From positions 2,547 through 66,546 of IMG/VR virus record IMGVR_UViG_3300028845_000223: a stretch of 64,000 nucleotides of DNA; one strand, given 5' to 3'. The stretch is from a virus. The notes beneath the pieces were generated by a model that did no database searches, was not told the DNA's origin, and was given only the letters and a program-made list of their open reading frames with translations. A program made the position numbers and the translations under genes. Position 1 is the first letter of the stretch, and each line of letters starts with the position of its first letter. Shown one piece after another: positions 63,306 through 64,000 of this stretch.

Positions 63306-63776
63306 ATGACAAACCTAAATGTAGTAGTAAGAAAACGTGGTAGACCACCTGGAAGTAAAAACAAGAAAACCGCGGGCGATGTGAAACCTAGTCCCGCGGT
63401 TATTGCCTCGGCGGTCGACTCAGGAATAATTCCAAAAAAGCGAGGGAGACCACCGAAGAATCCCCAAGCAGCCGCGGCACCAAAACCAGAATTTATCCCA
63501 CAAGAGATTCCAGTTTTAGAATCTAAATTGGTTTCGATTATAAATAAACCAAAAGAAGAGACCAAGGTTCAAGAACCGAAAAGTTATAAACAGTTTGAAG
63601 TTGGAGATAGAGTTAAAAAAATAACAACAGGAGATGTTGGATATGTTAAAGTACACAAGCCAGGTACCAGGTATGTTTACGTTAATTGGGGTGGGGATTA
63701 TATGGATTTTGTTGCGGCTGACTTACTAGAACTAGTAAACATACCAGCTTCAAAAAGGCAAAAAAAGAATGAGTGA
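63306..63776 (+). CDS. AT-hook DNA-binding protein with C-terminal KOW/SH3-like domain
   Basis: KRGRPPGSKNK and KRGRPPKNP; FEVGDRVK...VYVNW. Confidence 0.7.
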   Translation: MTNLNVVVRKRGRPPGSKNKKTAGDVKPSPAVIASAVDSGIIPKKRGRPPKNPQAAAAPKPEFIPQEIPVLESKLVSIINKPKEETKVQEPKSYKQFEVGDRVKKITTGDVGYVKVHKPGTRYVYVNWGGDYMDFVAADLLELVNIPASKRQKKNE

Positions 63777-63782
63777 TTGTGA

Positions 63783-64000
63783 ATGGAAACTTTAAAACTA
63801 AAACTTAACGAATATATTCCTGACAACTTTACAGGAATTGTTGAAGCTGAAAATGGAGCCATAGTATGGCTTAAAAATGGAAAAAAACATCGAGAAAACG
63901 GGCCAGCAGCTGAGTGGGCAAATGGAAACAAATATTGGTATATTGAAGGAAAACGCCACAGAATAGATGGTCCAGCAGTTGAACATCCAGATGGATATAA
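63783..64000 (+). CDS. HRxDGPA-repeat protein, truncated by window end
   Basis: METLKLKLNEYIPDNFTGIV...HRENGPA...HRIDGPA. Confidence 0.8.
   Translation, partial: METLKLKLNEYIPDNFTGIVEAENGAIVWLKNGKKHRENGPAAEWANGNKYWYIEGKRHRIDGPAVEHPDGY

Noticed and set aside
1370-63986. Many antisense or overlapping ORFs in the track (e.g. 2489-2992, 20170-20505, 21178-21621, 28654-28845, 31151-31417, 33282-33479, 52132-52515, 62321-62707)
   Set aside because: Shadow ORFs opposite real genes or over tRNA/ncRNA, with no motifs or start signals.
1-64000. Genome-wide reassignment of TAG (code 15) in this region
   Set aside because: Long ORFs are intact and tightly packed under code 11 and several end in TAG; only the Pth-like gene clearly needs readthrough. 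Late genes outside the window cannot be judged.
59814-64000. Diversity-generating retroelement
   Set aside because: No reverse transcriptase or template repeat in the window, and paralog differences are not adenine-specific.
1-64000. Eukaryotic giant virus origin suggested by tRNA-Ser(AGA) and Ile(UAU)
   Set aside because: Sigma70 promoters, SD sites, encoded CCA ends, lipoboxes and rIIA/rIIB indicate a bacteriophage.

Overview
AT-rich (roughly 30% GC by eye), gene-dense window that reads as the accessory/early region of a very large tailed dsDNA phage. Evidence: rIIA/rIIB, sigma70-type promoters, Shine-Dalgarno sites and about 20 tRNA or tRNA-like genes; no structural or core replication genes are present. 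Genes run on the minus strand to about 50.3 kb, then on the plus strand after a divergent promoter hub. Recognisable products include a GT2 glycosyltransferase, AlkB-like oxygenase, SAM methyltransferase, kinase-like and two ART-like proteins, SF2-type helicase, radical SAM protein, serpin-like protein, a large helical+TerD (Ro/TROVE-like?) protein, metallophosphoesterase, DEDDh exonuclease, macrodomain, ADP-ribosylglycohydrolase, SLOG, SPFH and a tandem array of HRxDGPA-repeat paralogs. Two candidate systems stand out. (1) An amber-suppressor tRNA(CUA) with its own promoter lies about 600 nt downstream of a Pth2-like peptidyl-tRNA hydrolase gene whose codon 4 is TAG. (2) A 7-copy covarying bulged-hairpin RNA, four copies abutting tRNA CCA ends and two extended by a duplicated ~165-nt domain, sits among atypical tRNA mimics and may partner the helical+TerD protein (Y RNA/Ro-like hypothesis). 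Also seen: a strand-polarised GCCGCG motif and three counter-oriented effector-like genes sharing an N-terminal motif. Several homopolymer frameshifts look like assembly errors. All family calls are by eye and need HMM or covariance-model confirmation.
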